From a virus (taxonomy: Duplodnaviria; Caudoviricetes): 42,147 nt of DNA. Within the stretch, counting starts at the first letter, position 1; each line of letters starts with the position of its first letter. A model generated the notes under the pieces. It was not told the DNA's origin, made no database searches, and saw nothing but the letters and a program-made list of their open reading frames with translations. Positions 9,894-21,100 of the stretch are shown here, in pieces. Both the position numbers and the translations under genes were made by a program. Location: positions 1 to 42,147 of the IMG/VR virus record IMGVR_UViG_3300046777_001470, one strand, 5' to 3'.

Positions 9894-10361
9894 TTATTTT
9901 CCTAATTCTTGATCAATTAAAATAGGTTCGTTTGTTCTGCTCAATCTAGCAATTAAATCTCCATACTCTCCAACAGCTTCTGTCTGTATTTCTAAGAAAT
10001 GATGAATCAATGCTTGCATCTTAGGGCTAGCCATCTTATAAGCATCCTCATACATAGCAAGTAAATCCATCTCCATTTCTATTGCATACTCAAATGCATC
10101 CATCAAGTCTTGGATATTTACATTAACAGCCTCTAAAGCAGGTACTTCTATCTGCTCATTCATATCATTCATAAACGTCTCTAACTTAGAGTAATGCTCT
10201 TTTTCACTGTTGGACTCTGCCATAAAGAACTTTTCAGCACCGAAGAACCCAATAGTCTTCATTGTGTTGGATAGGTGAAGATACGTTTGACTAGCTTTCA
10301 ATTCCTCTTTACCAAGGCTGTTTAACATTTTTACCTCTTGAGGAGTCAATAAATTTTTCAT
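9894..10361 (-). CDS. ftn: Ferritin (non-heme, FtnA-like), 155 aa
   Basis: EELKASQTY...GAEKFFMAESNSEKEH...AIEME...FLEIQTEAV gives the four-helix ferritin pattern with ferroxidase E/Y/E-xx-H/E/Q-xx-E residues. The likely ATG at 10361 overlaps the upstream TAA (TAATG). Confidence 0.85.
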   Translation of the reverse strand: MKNLLTPQEVKMLNSLGKEELKASQTYLHLSNTMKTIGFFGAEKFFMAESNSEKEHYSKLETFMNDMNEQIEVPALEAVNVNIQDLMDAFEYAIEMEMDLLAMYEDAYKMASPKMQALIHHFLEIQTEAVGEYGDLIARLSRTNEPILIDQELGK

Positions 10362-13300
10362 TAGCAATCTTTTTTGATTAAGTTATTTTTCTCTAAAGCT
10401 TTAACTATAGGTGTAAAGTTAGCATATATTTCTGACATTCTTTCGTACTGACCCTCACCATACTTAGCGTTATACTCAGTAATCTTTTCTTGCTTAGCTT
10501 TAACGCCTCTAACTTTCTTTATGTCAGCAATATCAGATACAGCTTGAACAGGAGTCGATGGTGCAGCCTCTACTTCTTGAATGTTTGTTTCTTCAGTAGG
10601 TTGAGCAAATAAATCTATAGGCTCTGTAATATCAGTTCTTTCAGCTGTAGGCTCTCCCTCTTCTTTTATTGGAATACCTGCGAATTCTATACCTGGTTCT
10701 TCTGTTACTTGGGTTTGTTCTTCTTGAACCACTCCACTAGGGCTAACCTCTTCTTGGCCTGCTTCAACGACAGGTTCGGCTTGGACAGGTTCTTGCCCTT
10801 CTCCGACTTCACTTGGTATCCCTTGCTCGTTTTCTTTATCATTTTGTTCTTGTGCTTTTTGTTGTTCTTGCTTTTTCTCTAATGCAGTATTTACATACCT
10901 ATCTATAGAGGCTTGTATCTGATTTATATCTTCATCAAATAATTTCTTTTGACTAGGATCGGCATTCTTAGCCTGTTCTTCTAACTTATTTTTTTCGTTA
11001 ATTAATACGGATACAGCTATTCTATCTTCTACATTTGTAACATCAGGATGTATAGAGTTTTCTATCTTAGATATAGACTCAAACTGCTCAACCATTTCTT
11101 TAGCTTGCTCTTCTGTTATTTGCCTAGAAACAAAAGCGTTAGCTATAGATTCAGTGTAAACCTTTTTTAAGTCAGGATCAGCAGCTGTTAACCTAAACAT
11201 CTCATAATCCTCCTTATTAATCATTTTGACATCACCAGTCTTTATCGCTTCGTATATTCTAGCTGGACCTCCCATAGCTATACCGCCTATGTAACCTCCT
11301 ATAGCATTCTCGCCTAAAAGCTTAATGTAATCCGCCATTACATAATCTTTATTAAAGGCATCTAATCCTAATAAAGCATCAGCAGTTTCTTTTAATCCTA
11401 TATCTAGAAATCCAGCTTGTACTAATTCCGTTTCAAGCTCAGCAATACCACCTCTGTTTACAGCAGACAAGAATCTAGGAACAAAATATTTTATATCACC
11501 TCTAATTGCTTGTTGTATAACCTTTAAAGAAGAATCTTTTGGAAGATCTTTTACTGAACCACTTATAATATTATTTAATATCCTATTCGTAAGAGAAGGA
11601 GATCCTGAAAAAATCTTTTCCATTCCATATCCCTCTAACATACCCATTCCTATCGCGTATGGTATAGAAATTGACTTTTTCTGCCAATCAGGAAGTAAGG
11701 CTAGCTGAGGATTAGATTCTATTTCTTTGTCTATCATCGCATAAGTATGAGGAACCATAGCGACCATAGTATTAATATATTTAGGTATACTAGCGGCAGA
11801 AGAAAACGCACCCCTAGTGGCTAAACTTACAGGGTTCAACATAGAAGCCATTGAAGAAGCAGCTCCACCTACAGCTTGTTCCCAAAACGGCATTCTTGCT
11901 TTAGCATCTGGACTCATGTATAAATCCATGCTCTGAAGCACAGCATCTGCTACTTTTCCATATATAAATTCAGTTTTAAATTCATTCCTTAGTTTTCTTT
12001 CTTCCATCTCAGATACATCTCGCCCATATATGTTTTCAGGACCTGCTAAAGCAACTAAAGCATCTAAAGCCCAAGACGTAACACCATAAATAGGTTGCAT
12101 AAACCCATCTATAGCTTGACTAAATATTCTACCAACCGATGTATTAGGAGCTTCATTTAATGAGTTTAAAAAAGATAATCTAGCACTATAAGCTTCCGAT
12201 ATGTCTTCTGACATTAATCCAGCTTGATTAACTAATTGGCCTATAAGTTCTGAATTTTCTTCTAAATCTTTATACTCCAAGCCTAAATCGCCTATTGATT
12301 TATAATATTTTTCAGAGGCAATTTTTAAATTTGAATTAGCTGCATTAAGTGATTGTACTATTTTGTTATATTCTTCATTAAAAATATCATCTGCCATCCC
12401 CTCTTTTTGTCTTTTAGTTTCTAAGGCATTAAGAGATTTGTTCAGTTCATTTAATTTAGATTGAGCCTGCTTCTTAGATGAGTTATATTCTTCAACAATA
12501 GGTTGAACCTTTAATTGGTAATCTTGTTGTTTTTTATCTAATACTTCGTATTGTTTTTCTATTCTTTTATTATTGTCTTCAATAAGACCTATAACTTGAT
12601 TTATACCTTTTTGTCTCCCTTCAAGTTCTGATCTTGTATATAAATCCTTACCACCATTAGATTGAGATATTTCAATTTTTTGTCCATCTCTATCCCTAAA
12701 GGTGAAATAGAAATCAGTTCCTAAAGCTTGTAATACACTATTTTGAGAAGCAACAAATAAATCAGGAGCATTAACAGCTGACCAGTCTCTTAAGAATTTT
12801 TCTCTAGGAGATACTTGAACAGAATTAAGCCAATTAGTTAATCCTTTAGCTAATGCATTACTTGTTTCATAATCATCCTCACCTAAGTCAACTTCAAATG
12901 GTTTAGCATCTCTACCTCCGTTGCTATATATTGTTACGTTATCCCAATCTAAAGCATTTCCTCCTTTTTCAACATGAATAGGCAACCCTAAACTATTTAT
13001 ATAGTCAGCAAATTGATTTTGATCCATGTTGTCTATGTCTCTCCAATCTACGTCTACAATCTTCCTATTATCAGGCAAATTTCTTTTAGCCCATAATTCA
13101 GCATCAGAATAATTCCCAAATGTTTTTAATGGAATGTTTTTTAAAGCCCATTTTCCATAATAAGCATTTGTCTTCTTGAAACCAGAGTCCTTAAACTTCT
13201 TAATTTCATTTGTACTCATTCCTTCTGATTCTTTTCCTTCACCTTTATATACCTTGTAATCAAATGTTCCTGGCTTTATGATTCCTTCATCTTGAAGTTT

Positions 13301-15229
13301 TTTCTGCTTTTGCATTTGAATTCGCTCATAAACAGCAAGAGCTTCTTTAGTTTCTTTATCCATTACACCAGTAAGACCTTTATTAAAAAATCCTTTATCT
13401 GATTGCAATAAAGAGTTACCCCATCCATCTTTTGTTAAAGCAAGTTTTCTTTGTAATTTGAATGTGTTTTCATCAAACCCTGGAATTCTAAATTTTAAAT
13501 CTTTAATAACTCTGCTAGGAACATAAAGTTGATCAATATTAGGCGTTAATCTTTGTTGAGTATATTGATCTGCTTTCTCAGACCAACCACTAGATCCATA
13601 GTGAGATTTGTTTCTATTTAATTGTTCTTTATTCTCCTGTACATTATCAAAGAATGTGTAGCCTCCGTATTGTATTTTTGGTAAATAACCATTTGGTAAT
13701 TGTACAACTTTAAATTCAGAATCATTAAATCCATCTTTTCTAGTTTTGTCATTGGCATATTTCCAATCTAAAGCTCCTTTTAAATGGTTGTCTAGCTTAG
13801 CAAGATCCTCTACAGTTAAATTAAGTCTACTAATTTGAGCAAGTGTGTACGCTTGAACAAAGTCATCTTCATCTCTATTTCTTACTGATCCATATTGATC
13901 AGAAAGTTTTTTATACTCATTCATCTTCATTTGAAGAGCTCCATCCCTCATGAACAGATTTTTAAATAAGAATTGAATATCTCGTATCTCATCATCTGTT
14001 TTTCCTGGATATAGTTTTTTTAATGAATTCTCACTTAAGGGTTTAACTAGCTTATAGTTTTTAGGGTGAAGTGTATAATCCTTCATAGATTTAACTTCCT
14101 TGCCTTGCTGACCTTTTCTTACAAACTCATTTGTTTTTTTATCATAAACCCATCCAGCATATCCTTTAGAAGCTTTCTTTTCTAGCTTCTCTCTTTCAGC
14201 TACAATAGGGTCTTTTTGTAATTCTTTAATTATTTTTGAACTTACATTTATAGCTTTTCTAAGCTTTTTAATTGCTTCTTTATCTTGATTTTGTTTTGCT
14301 ATCTCTAAATCTTGCTTAGCCTTTTCTCTTTCAGCTACTATAGCATCAAAGTTTTCAAGTGCTGTTCTTTTCTCATCATCTGTAAGTATAGAAATCTCTT
14401 GATCGATTTTAGCCTGCTCTTTCTCATCAGCGTTTAATTGAATTTCAGAAGCAAAAGCATCACCTAAATTCTCTTTCCTTTTTTCAAGGCCCATTTCTTC
14501 AATCTCATCATCAGACAATCTATCTCCTGATGTAAACTCATACTCAAAATTACCTCTAGATGTCTTTACCTTCTTGACTGCATCTTGCTTATCAATATCT
14601 GATAAATTAGGATCCTCCGTATATACATCTTCTGTTTTCATAGAAGACATAGGCTTAGTAGGATTCGTATTCATGTCATTAAGCAATGAACGAACTTCTT
14701 TGAGAGGACCTGTAAGAAATTTTTCACCACTAAGCATTGGTCCTTCTGTAAGGTCTACTTTAGGAGTCTCTATTGGAGGTTGATTAAGTTCTCTAAGGGT
14801 TATTGCTGATTGATAATCCCTATCTACTATCTCATTCAAAGGATCATATATCTCATTCCTTTCTACTTTGATAGGTTGCTTATATATGTCTTCAGGCATT
14901 GAAAGTAAATCAAAACCTGTAGATTTCTTTTCCTGTTCTATAGATTGCTGTTCTGTTAATGGACCAGTAGTTGGTAGTGGAGGCTCTTCTATTGGAACTT
15001 CTGTAGGTTCGGCTGTTTGCTCTCCCATTGGAACACCTGTCTCTAATGGTATAGGTTGTTCAGTAATGTTAGAAGCCTCAGAACTAGGAGCTTCATTTAT
15101 AATTTGTTGCTCTTGCTGCTGAGGTCTTATATTTACATCAAATTGTTCAGGCGATTGAGGCGCATCAGGTTGTAATTGAATTGTTTCTCCAACTCCACCT
15201 GTTTGCGTATTCATTAGATTTTCTGCCAT
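10361..15229 (-). CDS. Large internal virion/DNA-ejection protein, 1622 aa
   Basis: Located downstream of the tail nozzle; acidic Pro/Glu-rich termini, coiled coils and Gly/Ala-rich hydrophobic segments typical of podovirus ejection proteins. Confidence 0.6.
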   Translation of the reverse strand: MAENLMNTQTGGVGETIQLQPDAPQSPEQFDVNIRPQQQEQQIINEAPSSEASNITEQPIPLETGVPMGEQTAEPTEVPIEEPPLPTTGPLTEQQSIEQEKKSTGFDLLSMPEDIYKQPIKVERNEIYDPLNEIVDRDYQSAITLRELNQPPIETPKVDLTEGPMLSGEKFLTGPLKEVRSLLNDMNTNPTKPMSSMKTEDVYTEDPNLSDIDKQDAVKKVKTSRGNFEYEFTSGDRLSDDEIEEMGLEKRKENLGDAFASEIQLNADEKEQAKIDQEISILTDDEKRTALENFDAIVAEREKAKQDLEIAKQNQDKEAIKKLRKAINVSSKIIKELQKDPIVAEREKLEKKASKGYAGWVYDKKTNEFVRKGQQGKEVKSMKDYTLHPKNYKLVKPLSENSLKKLYPGKTDDEIRDIQFLFKNLFMRDGALQMKMNEYKKLSDQYGSVRNRDEDDFVQAYTLAQISRLNLTVEDLAKLDNHLKGALDWKYANDKTRKDGFNDSEFKVVQLPNGYLPKIQYGGYTFFDNVQENKEQLNRNKSHYGSSGWSEKADQYTQQRLTPNIDQLYVPSRVIKDLKFRIPGFDENTFKLQRKLALTKDGWGNSLLQSDKGFFNKGLTGVMDKETKEALAVYERIQMQKQKKLQDEGIIKPGTFDYKVYKGEGKESEGMSTNEIKKFKDSGFKKTNAYYGKWALKNIPLKTFGNYSDAELWAKRNLPDNRKIVDVDWRDIDNMDQNQFADYINSLGLPIHVEKGGNALDWDNVTIYSNGGRDAKPFEVDLGEDDYETSNALAKGLTNWLNSVQVSPREKFLRDWSAVNAPDLFVASQNSVLQALGTDFYFTFRDRDGQKIEISQSNGGKDLYTRSELEGRQKGINQVIGLIEDNNKRIEKQYEVLDKKQQDYQLKVQPIVEEYNSSKKQAQSKLNELNKSLNALETKRQKEGMADDIFNEEYNKIVQSLNAANSNLKIASEKYYKSIGDLGLEYKDLEENSELIGQLVNQAGLMSEDISEAYSARLSFLNSLNEAPNTSVGRIFSQAIDGFMQPIYGVTSWALDALVALAGPENIYGRDVSEMEERKLRNEFKTEFIYGKVADAVLQSMDLYMSPDAKARMPFWEQAVGGAASSMASMLNPVSLATRGAFSSAASIPKYINTMVAMVPHTYAMIDKEIESNPQLALLPDWQKKSISIPYAIGMGMLEGYGMEKIFSGSPSLTNRILNNIISGSVKDLPKDSSLKVIQQAIRGDIKYFVPRFLSAVNRGGIAELETELVQAGFLDIGLKETADALLGLDAFNKDYVMADYIKLLGENAIGGYIGGIAMGGPARIYEAIKTGDVKMINKEDYEMFRLTAADPDLKKVYTESIANAFVSRQITEEQAKEMVEQFESISKIENSIHPDVTNVEDRIAVSVLINEKNKLEEQAKNADPSQKKLFDEDINQIQASIDRYVNTALEKKQEQQKAQEQNDKENEQGIPSEVGEGQEPVQAEPVVEAGQEEVSPSGVVQEEQTQVTEEPGIEFAGIPIKEEGEPTAERTDITEPIDLFAQPTEETNIQEVEAAPSTPVQAVSDIADIKKVRGVKAKQEKITEYNAKYGEGQYERMSEIYANFTPIVKALEKNNLIKKDC

Positions 15230-15246
15230 AAGTACTTATTATCATA

Positions 15247-15254
15247 CAAATATA
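15247..15254 (-). promoter_or_regulatory. Bacteroidota sigma70 -7 element (TATATTTG)
   Basis: TAnnTTTG match in the intergenic gap upstream of the ATG at 15229. Confidence 0.6.
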
Positions 15255-15272
15255 ATGATAATGAGTTTATAA

Positions 15273-17603
15273 TTATTCTGAACTACTGCTTGAGTAACTA
15301 TAGTTCTCTCTAGATGTAGTTTTACCTGGAGCCGAACCACTACCTCCAGTCACTTGATCAAGAACGACTCTCATTCCTTCTGAGTTTACATCACCAACCG
15401 TAATAGCTCTATATGGTGATACTGTATATGTTATGATTGGTTCACCATCTGGTCCTTTATCCTTTACTGGAAGACTTATATTTCCTTCTATATCTGCTCT
15501 TAAAGTTATTCTGTCTTTAGGTTGTTTACCAAATCCTGTCCTCCAATTTCCAGCTTTTAAACTTCCATCATTATCATAATAAGAAGCTAAATAGTCAATG
15601 CTATTGGCTTGTATTTTTGCTTGATTATTAATTACAGCTTCAGCAGCAGCCTTAAGATCTGGATCGTTTTCATATAGGGCTTTATTATTAAGAATTTGTT
15701 CAGGTGTATAGTTTTTCTTTCCTACGACTATATATGTGCTGTTAGGATTTGTACCTACAAGAGTCTTATCTCCCTCTATAGGTCTTCTACCTACCATAAC
15801 TCCAGATGTGTTTACTTGAGGATTAAGACCCATAGCTTTATATTGTTTACTTATCTCACTATTAAATACTTCTGGATTAGCCCAACGACTAGTATATTCA
15901 AAATTAGAAGCAAATCCACTATTATTAAAGTTATTCTGAACTCTCTGATGCTCTGTTAGTGCTTGTTGTTTATCAAGTTCAAGTTTTTCTCTATCTAAAT
16001 CTAATCTAGCACGTTGTATAGCTCTATCGGCATTGTTATTTACAATACTCTCTATAGTTGGAATTACGCTTGCGTCAGGAATCATCTTAGTTAAAAGATC
16101 AGTCCAATTACCAATTATCTCATCATCAACTGGAACACCCTGTTCTTTTGCCCAGTTTTCCATTATGGTTGGATCTATACTAAAATACTTTTTAGCAAAA
16201 GTTATATACGCATCATTATCAGAATTTAATTTTTTCAATCTGATAAGTTCGTCTTTCATTTTTTGTGCATCTTTAGGATCTAATTCTTCACCTGTTTTTA
16301 CAGATAAAGGAACTGAACTAACCCCTGATTCCTTAAACCATGTAGTAGCCATATCCTTAATATACTTACTACCAGCAGCGTATGCAATTAAATTCTTAGT
16401 TAAATCTCCACTGTTCTTTTCTCCTGTTAAGTATTTCTTGACTTCATCAGGATCTATCTGAGCATTAGTGAATTTAATTAAATCTTTTCTTACATTATCA
16501 GGAATATAAATATCCCCTTTTGCTTCCATCATTTGTTTCTTCAATGCTTCAGCAGCAGTTCCAGCTTGAGCAAATTTCTCAAATCCTCCTTTTATTCTTT
16601 GAAGCATAACCATTCCTTCTCTATCTTTCATGATTTTGCTGTAATCATATCCATTTCTAGCAGCAATATCTTGAAGTATACCAGCAGCATATGGTCTTGC
16701 CACATCGTTATAAACTTGATAAGTATCAGGAACAGTTAAAAATTTATCAATAGCAGCTAAGTTATCCTTTACATATTGAGCTTTAGCTCTTTGTCTAGCA
16801 TCATAAAGACCCATTGGTAATAAACCTCCTGCACCTGTATAAATAGTTTGACTACCTATCCTGCTTCCTGTAAATGTTCCAACAGCAATATCTCTACCTA
16901 CAGTAGGATAATAATCTTGAACTCCTAATTTCTCTAATGCTAATACAGGAGCATCAGGAATAGAAGTTTTAAGGTCCTTATCTAATTGTTTATTGTCAGG
17001 ATCGTAAGTAGGTTTTTGATCGGCACTTATTCCAGTTCTTAATGTTTCAGATTGAGCATTAGCATTATTTAAGTTGTTAGCTATTTCTTTATCAGAAATA
17101 TTATCAGCTTCAGCACCTATTTTCCTAGCGTTATCTAAATCTTCTGCTGTAGAGTTAGGGTCATTAGCAGTAGCATTTACTAGCGTAGTAGAAGCGGCTC
17201 CTGTACTTGCTGAAACAGTATTATTTAAGTTTTGTATAGCCTGACTTTGAGCTAATTGATTTCTTTTTGCTTCTAACTCTTCAGGAGATAAGTCAGCCAT
17301 ATACCTGTCAACACTAGATTCAATTGATTGCCTTTGAGATTCATTATTTATCCCTTCAAGATTCCTTTCTTTTCTTGTAGCTTGTATTTCAGATTCTCTA
17401 ATTCTTTTTCTATCTTCCTCAGAGATAGAAGGTTGACTTTGAGTTTGCTGTTGTTTAGGTTGAGGCTGAGCTAGAGTTCTTAACCTTTCGCTTTCAGCTC
17501 TCTTGGCATCCTCTTCAATAGCCTTTAAGTTTGCTTCCATTTCTGGACTAGCAACTTCAGACTCATTCAATCCTTTTTTTCTTTTTCTTTCGTCTCTAGG
17601 CAT
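15273..17603 (-). CDS. Putative internal virion/ejection protein, 776 aa
   Basis: Long ORF with a low-complexity helical N-terminus; position in the ejection cluster. Confidence 0.55.
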   Translation of the reverse strand: MPRDERKRKKGLNESEVASPEMEANLKAIEEDAKRAESERLRTLAQPQPKQQQTQSQPSISEEDRKRIRESEIQATRKERNLEGINNESQRQSIESSVDRYMADLSPEELEAKRNQLAQSQAIQNLNNTVSASTGAASTTLVNATANDPNSTAEDLDNARKIGAEADNISDKEIANNLNNANAQSETLRTGISADQKPTYDPDNKQLDKDLKTSIPDAPVLALEKLGVQDYYPTVGRDIAVGTFTGSRIGSQTIYTGAGGLLPMGLYDARQRAKAQYVKDNLAAIDKFLTVPDTYQVYNDVARPYAAGILQDIAARNGYDYSKIMKDREGMVMLQRIKGGFEKFAQAGTAAEALKKQMMEAKGDIYIPDNVRKDLIKFTNAQIDPDEVKKYLTGEKNSGDLTKNLIAYAAGSKYIKDMATTWFKESGVSSVPLSVKTGEELDPKDAQKMKDELIRLKKLNSDNDAYITFAKKYFSIDPTIMENWAKEQGVPVDDEIIGNWTDLLTKMIPDASVIPTIESIVNNNADRAIQRARLDLDREKLELDKQQALTEHQRVQNNFNNSGFASNFEYTSRWANPEVFNSEISKQYKAMGLNPQVNTSGVMVGRRPIEGDKTLVGTNPNSTYIVVGKKNYTPEQILNNKALYENDPDLKAAAEAVINNQAKIQANSIDYLASYYDNDGSLKAGNWRTGFGKQPKDRITLRADIEGNISLPVKDKGPDGEPIITYTVSPYRAITVGDVNSEGMRVVLDQVTGGSGSAPGKTTSRENYSYSSSSSE

Positions 17604-17607
17604 GATA

Positions 17608-18171
17608 CTATGCGGTTTGATTATCTTCTTTCTTTTTAGGTTTCATCCCTAAACTAGCTAATAGATTAGAAGTTCCATCACTTTGTAGTCTAGCAGCTTT
17701 AGCAGACTGTCTAGCAGAACGAAGTAATGACAAATCTCTTGATACATCAGCCATCTTACTTGTTTGCTCTTGCTCCATTCCTAATGTCTGACCTAATTGT
17801 TGTCCTGATTGAGCAGCAATGTTTTCAGCACTCTGAGCCATAAGCTGAGACAATACAGCAGGATTAGCTTGACCTCCAGCTTTAAAAGCATTTTGCATAT
17901 AGTTGCTAGCTAATCTGTTTGCAGCATTTTGTTGAGCATTAAATGCAGTTCCTGTTTCTAAACCTCTTCTTCTACGTCTAATAGTATTAAGCATTTGACG
18001 CTCCATAACGCTTTCAGATGGAGGCAATAAAGCATCAGATTTTTTCTCTGCTATTCTTCCTGCTATTGCTTGTCCTATACCTAATGCTGTTCCACCTACA
18101 GAACCCTGTCCATTTCCACCAAGTGATCCTATTAATTGTGAGCCTTTTGAGATTATATCCATTAGTGCCAT
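17608..18171 (-). CDS. Small Gly/Ala/Gln-rich internal virion (pilot/ejection) protein, 187 aa
   Basis: Gly-rich N-terminus, A/Q-rich helices; directly follows the tail nozzle gene, as in podoviruses. Confidence 0.55.
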   Translation of the reverse strand: MALMDIISKGSQLIGSLGGNGQGSVGGTALGIGQAIAGRIAEKKSDALLPPSESVMERQMLNTIRRRRRGLETGTAFNAQQNAANRLASNYMQNAFKAGGQANPAVLSQLMAQSAENIAAQSGQQLGQTLGMEQEQTSKMADVSRDLSLLRSARQSAKAARLQSDGTSNLLASLGMKPKKKEDNQTA

Positions 18172-18185
18172 AATACTATTTTTTT

Positions 18186-18193
18186 CAAATTTA
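18186..18193 (-). promoter_or_regulatory. Bacteroidota sigma70 -7 element (TAAATTTG)
   Basis: TAnnTTTG match upstream of the ATG at 18171. Confidence 0.6.
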
Positions 18194-18197
18194 ATAA

Positions 18198-21100
18198 TTA
18201 TTTCAATCCTTTGTATTGTACTGCTGTAGATGTAACTAGAAACTCCTCATCTTCAGTACTTACAATCTTGAATATCATTAACCTTCCTTGGTTCCTATAA
18301 TGTGGCGCAAACAAGGATCTAGGTATATAACATTCATATCCAAAGTAATTTTTTATGCTTAGTGGAATCAATGTAGCATCCACAACAGAATCAAAAGAAT
18401 CTGTTTTGTAGTCATCATAAGACTTGTAGAAATAAATTTTTTCTGGTTTGCTATTTGAATTTACTCTTATTCTAATGAACTCTTTATCTATGATAATATT
18501 AGCATCAGCAACACCTGTTAAATAAGATTCCATGTCTTTACCATCTATCTGATTTCCAATCCCTAACTCATAAGTACCTGAACCTTTCATTCCAAAGAAA
18601 TGATTCTTGTAGTATAGGTATTTATCGTAGTTATAAGAACTTTGACATTGAAGTGATTGTTGCTGTGTTCCGTATATTAATGTGCTAAATTCAGACTCTT
18701 CATTTACTATAGCTTCAACATTCATTATGTACTCTTTTGTAAGCACATTAAATCCTCCTGACAATCTAGATCCATAACCATCAAATATCAATGGGTTAAA
18801 TCTTCTGTTAAGTAGTTCGAAGAATCCTGTTCTAGCTATTTCAGTTAGTTCGTTATTTCCAAATGCATAAGCACTAATACTATTACAGAAGAAAAGAACA
18901 TTTGAATATTCGGCCCATGATCTCCATGTTTCGTCATGCATACCTATAGTCTTATCAATCCAAAGTTGATTAAGAACGCCTCCTACGTCAGAACCTGTAG
19001 TAGCTAACTCATTAGCGTTTATCTCGTAAAGCAATCTTTTATCTACCATTAACAAACAAACACCGCTGTCTGTCATAGCGTATAAGTTATTTCCTTTATC
19101 CCCTGACAATGCGCTCCAAGCAAATTTAATCTCTCCTGTATCGTCTGATATGTCAAAGTAATTCTGAGGTAAGAATGTTCTTACAGATGGAGTATTCTGT
19201 GCATTTGAAGGTCGTTTAAGTGACCATATAATTCTAGTACAAAAATCAAGTTGTTCTTCAAAACCTACTGTTGGCACAGTCACAAATACTTGATTTGTTT
19301 GTTTCTTGGAATAATCTATATTTACTTGAGGTGTAAATCTAAATCCTCCATAGCTCCATAGATTCCATTCGTAACCATAAGCATCAAAATAATTAGGACT
19401 AAGGTTATTATCTGATTCAAATTGAGCTCTATCTGCTGGATCTGACGCAGCCCATTTATGAGGTCTAGGTATATAGTTTACAAGTGGAAACGCCTGATCA
19501 CTAACTGCTTTATCAGGGGATTCTATATTATACATGAAAGATAAGTTAATTCTAGTCTCTGCTGTCCAAACAGTAGTTAATTGCCTTATCTTAGCTATAT
19601 CAGATTTAAGAGAATTACAAAACTGAAAATCACCAGTAAAATCATAATTCCAAACACTTGTATTTTCCCACCTAGGATAGGTATCCGTATACACATAACT
19701 CTTAAGTGGAAATGGAGCATTCATTCTAAAATCATTATCAGGATACAACCATCCACCATCATTATTAGAAGGGCCTCCTCCTTTTTCATAAACATTATCT
19801 ATTGGAGACCATATTGATTCGTTTACATAAGTGTCACCACCAAATACCCTTACAGGAATCCTGTTGTCATACCTAACGTAAACTTTACTCCCTGAAGGAA
19901 CTGTAGAGAATGTCTCGTATCCTAGTATAGCATTAAAGTTAAGAGTAAATATTCTACATACACCATCAGTATCTCCTGATGTCTCTGTGCTTGTGTATAC
20001 ACCATAAATATCAAATCCATCTGTAAGTATTGGATCGTTATAAGGACCTGGAGCCGCAGCAGCAAGTCCTGTAAGTATTGTTGCTTGATTTGGTGCTGAT
20101 TCAAACTGAATATTCATCCACCTTTGTTCAATCTCATTTTGATCAATAACGTAGGCAAATCTTTTTAAAGCACCATAGGTAGAAAGACCATTTGTTTGTC
20201 CTGACACTTGAGGTATACAATCTTCCCATCTTTCAGAAACTAATACAGCAGATTGATTATTTGCTCCTGTAGATTCTAATATTAATGACTTGAATTTAAT
20301 GTAATTACCTGTGTATCTATATTGAGTTGTTATTCCTGGATTTATATTGTTCTCATCTCTAACTAAGTTGATAACATAGAAAGGCTCTCTCCACTCATTA
20401 ACACCAGCATTTGTAGCATCGTTACTTGGATTAGGTTGACTATTCATTCCAGCCTCATTATATATAGCACCTGTTACCGAATCATCAACAGTTATTTTAA
20501 AGTATGTTTGCCTAGTAGAATTTGTAGTTGTCTCTATTACAGCTTCTATAGGAAACAATTGATTCCCATTTGCATTACCTGTAAAAGCAGGAGAATCTCC
20601 ACTAATAGAATTAGTATATCTTCCGTAAGCAATATATCTATCTGGATCTGTAGGATACTCAGGAGAAAAAATACCTGAGTAATCACCAACATAAGGGTTT
20701 ATTTGTTCTAATATATTATCTCCATCTTCTCTTAGAATCCTAGCGTATGTTATCATGTCCACTCCTTTTCTGATGGCTGTTTCAAACTCTGTAATATGAG
20801 TATAAATTTCAGTAAAGTATCCTAGTGGAGATACTAATTGTATCTTATATGAACCTGGATTGTTTATTAAGTCCTCAGCGATATCAGGAGCTATATGTTC
20901 TAAGTCAGGAAAATAAGACCAAAATGCATCTGTCTCTTTCTGCGTGTCATCCCCAAATAAAGCAGAAGCTGGTCTTAATGAATAGAATCCTAAACCTTGA
21001 GCTAATACCCTTCTTGCAGGTTCTGTTTGAACTACAGAAAATCCTTCAGCATCACTTGGATATGTAGCCAATCCTCTAAAAGATAAACCCATTGAATAGT

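Noticed and set aside
3565-17603. crAss-type virion RNA polymerase among the large ORFs
   Set aside because: No DxDxD catalytic motif in a convincing context was seen; cannot be fully excluded without an HMM or structure search.
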